Positions 49,601 through 59,928 of a stretch of DNA of 64,000 bases are shown here, piece after piece. A program made the translations under genes and the position numbers. Origin of the DNA: Laetmonice hystrix. Taxonomy: Eukaryota. The first letter of the stretch is position 1. Each line of letters begins with the position of its first letter. The stretch covers positions 33,544,001 through 33,608,000 of the forward strand of contig OZ249440.1 in assembly GCA_965235115.1 (NCBI GenBank), given 5' to 3'. The notes under the pieces are model-generated. The model ran no database searches. It saw nothing but the letters and a program-made list of their open reading frames with translations, and had not been told where the DNA came from.

Positions 49601-50142
49601 TAGGTGCCATGACCAGGATGTAGGTATGTGTTTGAACCATCATTAAAAATGCATAGAGCATGATTATCAATGAACTCTTCAATCCTCTTGCCCTTGCCAT
49701 CAGTTGTGGTGCCACCCCATAAGGGATTGTGGCCATTAAAATCTCCCAAAAGGAGATACGGATTTGGCAGTTGACCCACTAAATCATCAAGATCCTGGTG
49801 GGCCAAGTTACTGTTTGGGGGAATGTATATGGAGCAGACAGTGATGGCTTTATGTAGAGTTAGGCGTATGGCTATTGCTTGTAATGGTGTGTTTATTGTA
49901 ATAGGGCTATGGATGAGGTCTTGTCGAACCAGAATGGCAGTGCCGCCAGCAGCACGGTCACCATCTGGTGCTAAACCAAAGAAAGTGTGATAGCCCTTAA
50001 ATGAGACCTTGTCTCGGGCAGTAAGAAATGTTTCTTGTAGGCAAAAGGCAAGAGGATTGAGGTTTTCTGCTAAAAGTCTGAGCTCATTAAAATTGGCTCT
50101 AAAACCTCGACAATTCCATTGAAGGAAGCATTTGCCTGCCAT
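46603..50142 (-). CDS. LINE ORF2: APE endonuclease, RT, RNase H; C-terminal CCHC region broken by a small deletion
   Basis: QWNCRG, CLQET, GDFN, SDH; FFDLEKAYD, GVPQGS, FVDD, FLG; YTDGS, AEARA, FSDS, WVPGHVGIPGNEQAD. The tail CGDFTLMRQRFY...LLTLL* continues in another frame to ~46482. Confidence 0.95.
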   Translation of the reverse strand: MAGKCFLQWNCRGFRANFNELRLLAENLNPLAFCLQETFLTARDKVSFKGYHTFFGLAPDGDRAAGGTAILVRQDLIHSPITINTPLQAIAIRLTLHKAITVCSIYIPPNSNLAHQDLDDLVGQLPNPYLLLGDFNGHNPLWGGTTTDGKGKRIEEFIDNHALCIFNDGSNTYLHPGHGTYTAIDLAIAKPDLLLDFSWRVLDDLCGSDHFPTILTYEGPSIGQKQQRWQLKKADWHSFQALCREEFRADNINDPEAMDDFTSLLISIADRTVPKTSTIPKHVSNPWFNDDCKQAIKDRKKVERLFNRHPTAVNLTNFKIMRARARCICKERRRQSWRDYVSSLTSRTPITKIWNMIRKLKGKGGGTGVQHLKHQNTLLTTTDAIANKLAETFQTNSSSRNCLPPFQAIRAQKEKQKLNFHSDNREEYNQLFSIEELKCSLKKSHDTAVGPDRIHYQFLKHLPDTTLLILLHIFNNIWITGNIPRSWQEAIIIPIPKPGKDHSEANNYRPIALTSCLCKTMERMINDRLVWKLESEQLITEFQCGFRRGRSTLDHLIRLETYIRDAFINREHVVAVFFDLEKAYDTTWKYGILKDLHDMGFRGRLPLFISQFLSNRHFQVRVGTTLSDLHDQELGVPQGSILSVTLFSIKINSIVNSVKTGMPCSLFVDDFDVCCRGKNMNAIERQLQLCLNRIHTWSVENGFKFSKSKTVCMHFCKLRAFHLDPELTMDGDPIKVVKETKFLGLTFDSKLSFVPHIKSLKSRCLKALDVLKVLSGTNWGADSTVLLQLYRALIRSKLDYGSIVYGSACKSYIRLLDTVHHQGLRLSLGAFRTSPVQSLYVEAREPSLDNRRLKLALQYAVKLGTNSSNPAYNCVFHPQFQHLYERKETYIRPFGLRVKPHLEELDVDLHVLGQTHFCNIPPWDLKKPDVIFQLAQLKKSETHPLTYFEHFLDVQTRYPSHYAFYTDGSKDGSDVSAAAVHGKHNFGTRISGQSSIFSAEARALLLALENIEVSSEKDFLIFSDSLSCLQALANLNTDHPVIVQILSKLAVLANANFDIHFCWVPGHVGIPGNEQADRTAKRALETDVELCPIPASDLRPTIWAYIKNKWQAEWDEQPNNKLYQISPVVNQRYHHGLTQRTHEIVYTRCRIGHSRLTHVFLFKGQPPPECHGCQCPLVW

Positions 50143-51437
50143 CAAGGTGGTTTAACAGGCAAACGCCCCCTAGATTTTATTTTGGGGGAAAGGCTGCGAC
50201 TACGACAAGTCGTAGCATCAGCCATTTCAACATCTTGAAGATGCTGAAATTTGTTTGTAAGTGCTATTGCACTATTGTTGGAGGCTGCCTTGGGCAGCCG
50301 ATCTGTCATTATTTTCTTTTTTGGTTGATCTTTCTTTGTAGATGACTCTTTAGTACTTGGTTGATCTTTTTTCGGAGTTGGTTCTTTGGTACTCGGCCCG
50401 GCCTGTGGAGGAGGAACCGAGGTTGTCTGGCTCTGTGTTGAGGTGGATTTTTTAGCTGGCTGACTCGAGACAGCTTTCTTAGGCAGTTCATTTGTGCTGT
50501 CATCGGGATCAGGGTAGGTCACAGGTTTATCCCCCTTGACCCACACCATCTCCGTTTGACAAGCGAAAGTCCGTGTGGTAGGTTTAACAGCGGCAGCATA
50601 GGTTTTAACTGTTGGTGGAAGCAGATATTGCTCCACCAGTTTGCGTGCCTCTGGGAAACTAAGTTTTCTCTCTGTTTGAACCTTCAGGATTTCCTTCTCC
50701 TTTTTCCACACGGAGCACTCGCGTGAAACAGTGGAATGACCTTGCCCGCAGTTGGCACATTTAGCAGGCTTTTTACAGCCTGTATGGTCATGTCCTGTTT
50801 CAGCGCACTGAGAACATTTTTGTTCATTTCTACATGAGTCGGTCCCATGCCCAAACCTCTGGCACTTAAAGCAACGCAGAGGATTTGGGATATAGGGATC
50901 GACTTTTACCTTTAGAAAGCCAATCTCGAGTTCATCTGGTAGAGTGGGCCTGTCGAATGTCAGAAAATATGTATGTGTCTTGATGGTGTTACCATCTCGT
51001 TTCACTATCAATCTTCTGACTTCCGACACACCTTGCCAGCTCAACCCAGCAAGGATCTCCTGTTCAGTTGTAGTGTCAAGAGAGTTAGTTCGTATAACAC
51101 CCTTGCTGGAGTTGAGCGTCCGGTGACGAGAGGCCTTAATACTGTAACCTGCAAGTACTGTGGCACTCAGCAGGTTTGCAGATTGGGCCTTCGTGGCACA
51201 CTCCACCAACAGTTGGCCAGACCTCAAACGTTTACAATCTTTGACTGTTCCAGCTATCCCCAATATGCCTTTATGTATGGCAAAAGGGGATAGCTTAGAT
51301 ATTGGTCGTTCAGCTTCTGCCGATTCAACAATGATAAAACGAGGCCATTCCGTCAAGTGTTCATTCTCCATAGACCGGTCCGAGTCAGAGTCCGTTAGTT
51401 TCAGTAGTTTTCTTTTTGGGGGATTGTTTGATGCCAT
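50142..51437 (-). CDS. LINE ORF1 gag-like nucleic-acid chaperone with three CCHC-type knuckles
   Basis: SPFAI, LRSGQLLVE, SKGVI, PNPLRCFKCQRFGH...C, CSQCAETGH and CANCGQGH. Likely start MASNN, which is shared with the second copy. Confidence 0.92.
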   Translation of the reverse strand: MASNNPPKRKLLKLTDSDSDRSMENEHLTEWPRFIIVESAEAERPISKLSPFAIHKGILGIAGTVKDCKRLRSGQLLVECATKAQSANLLSATVLAGYSIKASRHRTLNSSKGVIRTNSLDTTTEQEILAGLSWQGVSEVRRLIVKRDGNTIKTHTYFLTFDRPTLPDELEIGFLKVKVDPYIPNPLRCFKCQRFGHGTDSCRNEQKCSQCAETGHDHTGCKKPAKCANCGQGHSTVSRECSVWKKEKEILKVQTERKLSFPEARKLVEQYLLPPTVKTYAAAVKPTTRTFACQTEMVWVKGDKPVTYPDPDDSTNELPKKAVSSQPAKKSTSTQSQTTSVPPPQAGPSTKEPTPKKDQPSTKESSTKKDQPKKKIMTDRLPKAASNNSAIALTNKFQHLQDVEMADATTCRSRSLSPKIKSRGRLPVKPP

Positions 51438-51881
51438 GTTTGTGTTAGAGTGTTTCACCAACCCTATTCCCCACCCTCCACGGAGCCCAACAAGGGGAAG
51501 TGCAGAGCTGCGGTAACCAGCAGTTGCAAACCAAGGATATAGGGTTGGTATACTCAAGCAATGGAACGAAAGAGGGTGTTGCCATTACTTGATTGACCCT
51601 AAGCCACCGCCTTCTAGGAATAAAGAAGAAATAGTTACGATAGATGTTGCCTAATGTATAAGAGAATTAAATCCACTGTAAAGGGTACTCAATAGAAAAA
51701 ATCCTAGGGCAAGGCGTGACCAGCCGATTGATTGGATCGGGCCTCTCCAACCTCCCGTCTAGGTGAAGTAGGAGCCAAAGCACCGTGTTGGACCTGTGAA
51801 AAGCCGCAGCAATTCACCGTCCTCAGGTACCAGGACCTCTTCCTCCACCGACACGGGTCGCGACTCACGGCAAACAAGTCG

Positions 51882-51952
51882 CCCCATTTATTCGCCTCTT
51901 ACGAACAGCCAGGGGGGGCTGGGGAACATTCTTACCCCGGTCCCCACGGGGG
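51882..51952 (-). ncRNA. Putative pseudoknotted RNA at the LINE 5' terminus
   Basis: CCCCG[UGGGGAC]CGGGG-UAAGAAU-GUUCCCCA, where the loop pairs with the downstream segment. Then CCCC...UGUUCG[UAAGAGG]CGAAUA...GGGG. Confidence 0.5.
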
Positions 51953-53143
51953 CCGCTTCTCCGGAGATCAGGATAAGCCAGCCTGATGAGAAGTACAGCC
52001 GGCGTCCGGCCATGGAGTACAATTTTACAACCAACTCTACACATTTATATTCGTTGTGAATAAATAATAAATGTTACCATAAAAATACCTAATAAATATC
52101 CAAACGTCCCTCTATTTTGTGCCTGGCTGTGCAGTCACCCTGAACGTGACTCATGGTGTACTCAGCTACCCCATGTACAGGCACTGGTGAGGCTGTTAAT
52201 TAGGTCAGCCATCAGTGCATGGGAAGGGATGCTAAAGCTGTTTCTTTGGGGTTATCCTGTTCTGGTAACAAATATACATGTATGTCTCGTTTGTGGTTAT
52301 ATTATGTTCACGCTATCCCATTAGGGACTGACCAACTTGTTCACGTGGCCAGGTGGTCATGGCGGGTAGGCTGCAGGGTGCTAGCGACCGGCTGGAGGTT
52401 GAGTGACGAATCGTCACCGAGGGGGGCAAGTTGGTTCACACATGTTTTCTTATCAGGTTATGCCCTTATTACCCGCCCCATGTTTTGCCCTTAGTGCATT
52501 TCCTGGATTCAAAGGAGTCAACGTAAGTAATAACCGGATAGCCTCGAACATCAAAGAGATTATTAGCATATAGTCTTACAGGATGTAGTGAATAAGTTAC
52601 ATGCACCAAGCATGTATGATATTAGCAATAGACTTTTATATAGGGCTCCCTAGCAGATGTAGGCTACGGGGACATTCGATAGGGGGATGGAATTTACACC
52701 GTTACACTATTGAGAACATGCGATCAGCGCCCAGTCGCCCCCTCCCCCTCTCCTCCATATGATATCGGCATAGAGTTAGAAGGACCAGCCAAGGTCCAGC
52801 CCCCCTAAGAGCACCCACATGGTAGAGGGCTCATTATAAACTCATTATGCTCCTCCCACTGAGTGACGCGTTGGGTCACATGACCACTTACCGGTAAATT
52901 CAAATTGGCAAACACACAGAGAACATAGATTTTCTGTCACATATTTCAGAAAAGGGGGTTGGTTGATTTTCATGTCACATTTGGAAAATGGAGTGGAGAC
53001 CTGTCACATTTCAAATGTGTTGCGCTACTGGGGCAGGTGCCATGTTGGCCCTTTATAGTCAGCGTTCCCCTTTAAACAACTCTCAACGTCAGTCACTAAA
53101 ACTAAAACTACCCCTATCCTTAATCTTCAGTCTGCCCTAACCC

Positions 53144-53316
53144 CAGTGGCGTACCCAGAAACTGGACCCAGGGGGCTGCTGGAAATAACCAACGTCGTAG
53201 GCGCTGCAAATTGCCAACAAGCGCACGAAAAAACAAACCAAAAAAAGAAAGATTGGCGAATTGAGGGGGGTGCTTGAGCACCCCAAGCACACACCCCCCC
53301 CGTGGGTATGCTACTG
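53144..53316. mobile_element. hAT-like MITE with 5-bp TSD
   Basis: cagtggcgtaccc / gggtatgctactg, with aaccc on both sides. Confidence 0.75.
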
Positions 53317-56300
53317 AACCCAAAGGGGGTTACTAACCCCAAACCTAATCCGTAAACCAAACCCAGTCACTCCCCCATGCCATGGTAGTTTGTGTTACAG
53401 AAGGTGTCTTGTGGTCACCTACAGAAGAGGTCCTCGGGGCAAAAGTCCTGTTACCATTGATAGGGCATTGTGGTGGCAGTGCTGGTTCCTGCAGTGCCTC
53501 CTCTATTTGAAAAAAGCAGGGCCCGGCGCCCTGCATTTACATGCACCCGCCCCGTCTTTTTGAACAGCGCCCTGCCGCTGTCAGACAGCGCCCACCTCTG
53601 TTAGCAGCGCCCTGCCACCCCCATTACCCCAAAGTTTCGAGGAAACGACCAAGCTGTCGTTACACAGCCCTCAAAAAAGCAGTTCAGTCAGGCAAGGAAT
53701 GATAAGCGATCAGCATCCGTGATATTGTAAAAACACAGACTGTGTGTGTGTGGGGGGGGGGGGGGGGGGGGTGAATGGATGGTTTATATGGAACTCCCTT
53801 CTACACAGATGTCAAAGTGTTTGGTCCAAAGCGTTGACGAGACATTTTGTGACTGTGGACTACATAATACTACTAATAATATAATACGAATAAAAAAATA
53901 TATAAGATGTATAGGCATCTATATTTAACTATACTCACGGTCATCATATAGTGTATGTGGTGACCAGCGCCACCTGGCGTCTTGTTTTGTCACAGTTGTG
54001 TGAATTAGACATTAATGAATACAGCGAGTTGTTTTGGCAAGTCAGCATTGTCACATCGCATTAGAAAATATGCACTTATTTTTATCATTTATTTCTGTGA
54101 AATATCAGGGGTGGGGGTGGGGCGGGTCGAAAAGATCTATAGTTTAACTTCTCGCCTCCGGGTCTTACCCCTCTGCCGTAAGCACTCGCTCGTCCCACAC
54201 AAAACATGGCCCTTCCTTGACATAGGCTAATATTACCTTATTTTTCTATGGAATCAGCCATATAGGCATGTATAATTCCTTGATGGATTCAAACATATAT
54301 GTTCTTAATATCACAGCAGTTCATCTTTAGTAAGACAGTTTTTAGTCTTTTCAAATACAATGTATAAAAGTATTAGACGGTTCGTATTAGACATCCGTTC
54401 AGCTGCAATCCGGCACTGCATCATGTATGCATAATTAATGAGGGTAGGAGTAGGGCCGTCAGGGCGTGGCATCTTACAACATCAGCTTGCATCATCAGTG
54501 CTGCAACTTCAGTCGTGCCACTTGTCGCTTCATTGGTCACTTACCAGCTACATTTTGGATATACTATTTGCCCACAAGCCAGTTGTTCAAGCCAGGCGTC
54601 TACTTCTCCAGGTAAGGTCATACCGCAGTGTAACTTTAACAGAACAAAAACAGTGTAATGTGAACAGAGCAAACTTTGTGTATACATGCTGAACATAGTT
54701 ATATTTGGAAACTATTTGTTAATCAGTATAGAACCACGTTGACCCCCAGTCGCCCATATTTGGCTACTGTACCCATCCCCATATGGACACGGAGCAAGGT
54801 TGAGGCGGGACTATATTATTAAACCGTTCCCCCTGTACGTGACGTTCGCCATACGCATGAACGCCTCAAGCTACGACTAGCTACCATTTGCTTGATATTT
54901 TCAATTGTAAACCTTACAAACTTTTAGGTTAGCATGCCATTGTTATTTATTCGCAGTACGTTCATCATGCCACCCTCTACGTGGCTGCTGATCATCTGTA
55001 CATTTGTGACCATCACGGGATCAGAAGGAGCACCTAAATATGGACCTCGATCTGTGCCTGATTGGAAATATGACCTGTTACTTGGTAAGATATGCAAGAT
55101 ATCCTCCCAGTCGGTAGTCCATACAAACAACTTACATTTTCAATATCCGTGTTCATACATGTTATCCCCAAGTATAGATTACATATTGAAGAAGTTACTC
55201 ACAGCAAGTACCTTGATACCAAATCAATACATTTTCTCACTATCACTATCGCTTTCACTATCTGTTTATTCAATTCAACTGTTTCAAATTTATAAATTGT
55301 TGGAAGTGAATTAATCCACCATGTACACACCAATTCTCTTGGTGGGCAAACTACTGTCCATGCTGATGTGCGTTTCTAACTGGTTTACTCAATGACCAAA
55401 CTGTATATACTAGCCTATTTAAGCAAATATGGCGATTAGCATTAAGTACACTCTTTCCAAAATTTCTCCAGAAAGTTATGCTAGTCCCGAAAAAAAATAT
55501 GATCCACTCTTCCAGACATACTAAGCGGGAAGAACGTCCACAAAGACAAGGTATACAAGGTGGCGTGTCGACTTGTACAGAGATGGCGTCAAGCGTATGA
55601 GGTGACGACATGGGAAATGGCAAATCGGGTGAAACGGGAAGTTAGAATCCTGGTCGACGGAAAAGTCTAACTGCGACATTCGAACCACGGTGAGAGATGG
55701 ACTCTAAGGGAGCAGGGTATAAAAGGGTAACACAGGAAATCTAGAAAGGTTACGCTGGGATCTCGACAAGAACAAACCAACAATTAAAACGACTTGATCT
55801 ATACCAGAAATCCAATCCCATTTTCGACAACAAGGCACCTCTTATTCCAATTCAGGCAAATTCAGTCCATGAACGGCATCAGATTGACCTCGTATCAATG
55901 GCTAAATATCCGGTTAAAAAAGGGGAGGGGGAAAATTATCTTTATGTCTTGAGCATATTAGATTGTTTCAGTCGGTACTTGTGGTTGTTTCCTATGAAAA
56001 GCAAGTCCAGTGAAGAAGTTAAGAGTTGCCTGGAATCGCTCTATAAATCAGAGGGTCACCCAATAATTTTGCAGAGTGATCAGGGGTCAGAGTTTAAGAA
56101 AGCTCTGAAGCCTTTTTGTAAGAGTCTGGGAATTAACAGAATCACCAGCTCACCGTATCACCCACAAAGTCAGGGCAAAATTGAACGGTCTCACGGATCT
56201 TGGAAACGTATGTTTCGGTACGACGTTCGTACCTCAAAGAAAGGATTCGGGGATTGGGTCAACAAACTGTCGAGGTATGCCTCGATTTACAACCGTCAGA

Positions 56301-57547
56301 ACCACGCAGCATTAGGGACCAGTACGTTTCATGTATACCACTGCAGAAAACCAAATCCAACAGGACGACCAGGTGTCTGCCGGCCGCAGGGCACTGAAAT
56401 GGCTGATGACGTAAGGGGAATGATTGATTCCGCTTCCAGTATTAGGGCTCATGCATTGAGAGCATCAAGAAAGACGGCAGCAGAAATTGTCAGAAAACAC
56501 CTTAATAAGAATCCCCCATCTTTGTATGCCGTGGGGGATAAGGTATTTGTAAGAAAAAGCAGAGGTACAAAGGTGAAGAGCACTGAAATAGTTAAAGGCA
56601 TCGTTCGCCAAGTAAACCAATTTAAACACAAGTATTTGATAGTGTGCCAGTGGCCGCCATTGGTATTCTGTAAGAAAGCTTGCCGCCACTACGAGAGAAG
56701 GAGATCTGGAAAGGTGTAAGTACAGAAGAATGAGAAGGGTCCGCTTCCTCTGGCAGTGTAGTGTGCCAGAATGCAAGAAATTATCAGATATCCAATGTGA
56801 AAACATTATGTCCAAAGGCTGTTGTCTGTCAGAGAACGGTGCATGTTGGATGCTGAGTCATAAGAAGCGTAAAATGTCCATTTCTGATTTTGTACTTACA
56901 ACAACCAAAACGTCGAATTTCCTGGATCTACGAGCCAGGTTATCAAAGTCCTCGGCGTTGAATAGTTTACACGCTCAGGATTCGTTGATTGCAAACGCCA
57001 TGATGTTTAATTTGATTCCAGAAGGCGAGATTCCGAGAGACGGAAACTGTATGTTTCATGCTGTGATACAAAGTCTGCAACAAATATATGGTTGCAGCTA
57101 CAATCAGCAAGACATTAGAAACTTAACCGTGGAATGGTTGAGGACAAACCCAATATTATCTAACGAGTTCATGGTATGGATTGGGAGGAATACCTTTAGG
57201 GGTTGGGAGGATCAGAATGGGGGGGATCACATTGCCTTGATAGGAATTTCGAATGCGTTTAATGTAAACATTGCGTGGTATCCAGTGAAGATTTCGATAT
57301 TCATACCACTAATCCAGACCATGGAGCATTGCCGTCTGAAACTATATATCTTGGTCATGAGTTTGAATCGCATTATATTCGACTCTGTCCAATTGACGCA
57401 TTAGGTAATATTCCTCCATCCACATCCCCTACATTGTCGAATCCACCCTGATCCCTTACTCCTTCCCTAACCCGGGCCCCATCCCCTCCTTCCCACCATG
57501 CCCCGTCCCCCTTTTCCCACCAGGTCCCATCCCCTTTTTCCGACCAG

Positions 57548-58173
57548 GGGCCCGTTTCACATCTCCTTGTCGTGCGTTAACTGCTGGCTTGTCGTAAACT
57601 TAGAAATTAAAGACAAGGTCTATGATACCCGCTTCTCATCCCTTGTGCGTTATCTTGTCGTGCGCCTGCATATCGCTGTTGCTGTTTACTGATTATACGC
57701 AAACGCTGATTTTTTTGACAGGTATATAATAAATACTCCTAATCGCGTTCGAAACAAATCATGTGGGGACCTAAAAGTGTTTTTGCTTCGTTTTGTGTTG
57801 TGGAGGTGTCTTCGCCGCCGACGATTGCGACGCCCTCTAACGTTAGAATGCGGCATCTATGCTCGACCCTAGTCGACTGTCAGTGAGATGCTTGGTCGGA
57901 ATCAGCCAGCCTACTCGATATTTAGTGCTTTTTAGAGATTTTTGCCCATGCAATTCTTAAAAGAGGTCATATGGAGCCGAAAACATCAGTATTTACATGC
58001 CAGATAAGTGGATTGACATATTTACGACAGGGTAAGAGCTGTCTTTATTTGGTCTTGGTTTACGACACCGTCGCACAGGTTTTAATGCACGGCAGGGGGA
58101 GAGAAACGCAATTTGTCTTTACTTGACAGTGTACGACAAACTTAACGCACGACAAGGGATGAGAAATGGGCCC
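57548..58173. mobile_element. Harbinger-like MITE
   Basis: gggcccgtttc...ccttgtcgtgcgttaa / ttaacgcacgacaagg...gaaatgggccc, flanked by cag and ctg. Confidence 0.75.
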
Positions 58174-58224
58174 CTGGTCCCATCACCTTTTTACGACCAG
58201 GCCCCATCCCCTTTTTTAGACCAG

Positions 58225-58350
58225 GGCCTGGTTCACAAACAAAGTCAAGTCAATTTTAATTGACTTGAAGTCAATTTTACTTGAATCTGATAGGTTAAAA
58301 TGGATTTCAAGTTAATTAAAATTGACTTGGCTTTGTTTGTGAACCAGGCC
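58225..58350. mobile_element. Hairpin MITE, CAG TSD
   Basis: ggcctggttcacaaacaaag / ctttgtttgtgaaccaggcc. Confidence 0.85.
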
Positions 58351-59085
58351 CAGGACCCATCCCCTTCTTCAGACCATGACCCATCTCGTCATGTCCCTCA
58401 GACAAGTTTATGCAACATACCGGATGAAGTATTACGTATAATATTCCAGTATGCAGTATCTAATGTCGTGACAGTTGGTGTGCTAAAGTTTTTATGGGGC
58501 AAAAGTGAACGAATTCTTGATTTAGTTAACTCATTGAGACTACCACAAATATACCTGAACCGAGGGGTTCTGCAACGTTTAGATTAACCAGTATGTTTAA
58601 GAAAATGGATGACATTCACGTGGAGTGTTTGTAAGCTTTTTCGAGTTTCTGGCAAAGGGGGTGGCTCGGCCCTAAAGCTGGCCGCACATGTCCATCAAAT
58701 ATGGTGCGATAGACGTGCGGCAATCGGATACGATTAACGGATCGAAAAGAAATGTATGACTATGTACTGACGGTCGATGTGCACCGTAGTCGATGTGTAG
58801 GCCTACCCCTCCGCAGTCGTTGTGTACCACTTCCCTGGTCATTGTGTACCGCTTCCCTGGTCGATGTGTACCAGTAGACCAATACAATAATATCTAATGA
58901 GCAGCTCTAATAATGTGTGGCATCTCTCAGCAGGGGGTGGGGTAAGGCCTGCATGGCTATTATAGAACGCGCCATTTTTAGACTTGTAAGGTGTTTCGGA
59001 TACCGACTAGATGTATGAGCTTGTATGACCGCTCGCTAGCTCCGCCTGGCCCGGCCCGCTCAGCCGCTCGCCCGCCCACTCACCC

Positions 59086-59241
59086 GGGGTGTGTCTTTCA
59101 TAAGCTCTGGTTATTAACGATCCCGTTAACTTTACCTAGCAGTGAATGGGGAATGAAATCGTTATTAACCAGGAGCCTCCCATTCATTTCAATACAACTT
59201 AACGAAATCGTTAATAACCAGAGCTTATTAAGACCGGCCCG
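59086..59241. mobile_element. Hairpin MITE related to 15774-15928, inserted in a GC-rich (cgcccggccgct)-type minisatellite (59030-59345)
   Basis: taagctctggttattaacgat / atcgttaataaccagagctta; shares gtgaatgg and ccattca motifs with the 15.8-kb element. Confidence 0.65.
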
Positions 59242-59928
59242 TGGTCGCTCGCCCGCCCGGCCGCTCGCCCGCCCGGCCGCTCACTCACCCGGCCACTCGC
59301 CCGCCCGGCCTCTCACTCACCCGGCCGCTCGCCGCTCGCCCGCGCCTGCGCAACAACTCTAGGTCTATAGGGAACGGAGGTTGGCAGTCCCAAAAGTGTT
59401 CCATATTTGTAGGTTTCACGGTTTCCAATAGAGCGGCCTAAAGATTATTTCCTTTAGCCTTTTAGGTGCATGTATATAGGCCTATACTGGCTGTAGGCCC
59501 CCTGGCTGGGTCTAGTCTCACCCGCCACTAATTTTAAGTGATACAGAAATTTCAAATGCAAGTTGAATGTGAAAAGCAAAATATATAACAAATTTGGAGT
59601 AATTTCTTGCAATACTTGCTGAGTTATGGGGAAAAAGGTGGTTCTAGGTATCTAGAACAAACTATACTGCATAATTCCAGCCCCCCGACTTCAAGTGATG
59701 CGGGTGGCTGCTCCTGCTGATCCCCCAGTTCGAAAATCCTGGGGGATACCCTGATAGGCATATATCTGTATTTCTTTAGGAAAGAAATGGAAAAGGAGCA
59801 TCTTACCCCATACCGGAGGCATGCCCCCCCCCCCACCCGGTCGCCTCCGGTATGAGTTAGGACAAGGGGGCGTTTCACTCCCAGTACACATAATCCATGC
59901 TTGTAGGCCTACACGTCTCATACACATA

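Larger units (their letters stand above)
46304..51952 (-). mobile_element. Full-length I-group (Nimb/I-like) LINE
   Basis: 12-bp TSD ccgcttctccgg at 46292-46303 and 51953-51964. 3' stem-loop and (CA)n tail. ORF1 and ORF2 both present. Confidence 0.93.
55540..58680 (+). pseudogene. Ginger-like element polyprotein: rve integrase, Cys cluster, OTU protease, Pro-rich repeat, F-box-like motif; frameshifted
   Basis: Integrase: HQIDL, LDCFSRY, LQSDQGSEF, YHPQSQGKIER. OTU: PRDGNCMFHAV...GDH...LGHEFESHY. F-box-like: SLCNIPDEVLRIIFQY. No RT, RNase H or LTR nearby; termini not found. Confidence 0.7.

Noticed and set aside
46738..51516. Plus-strand ORFs over the LINE
   Set aside because: They are antisense shadows of ORF1 and ORF2 with no recognisable motifs.
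18690..53775. Many poly-G/poly-C tracts as a functional G-quadruplex system
   Set aside because: Most lie inside common MITEs, and homopolymer lengths are error-prone.
55898..56719. LTR retrotransposon pol or host KRBA2/SCAND3 gene
   Set aside because: No RT, RNase H or LTRs are present; the frameshifts and downstream OTU fit a Ginger-like relic better.
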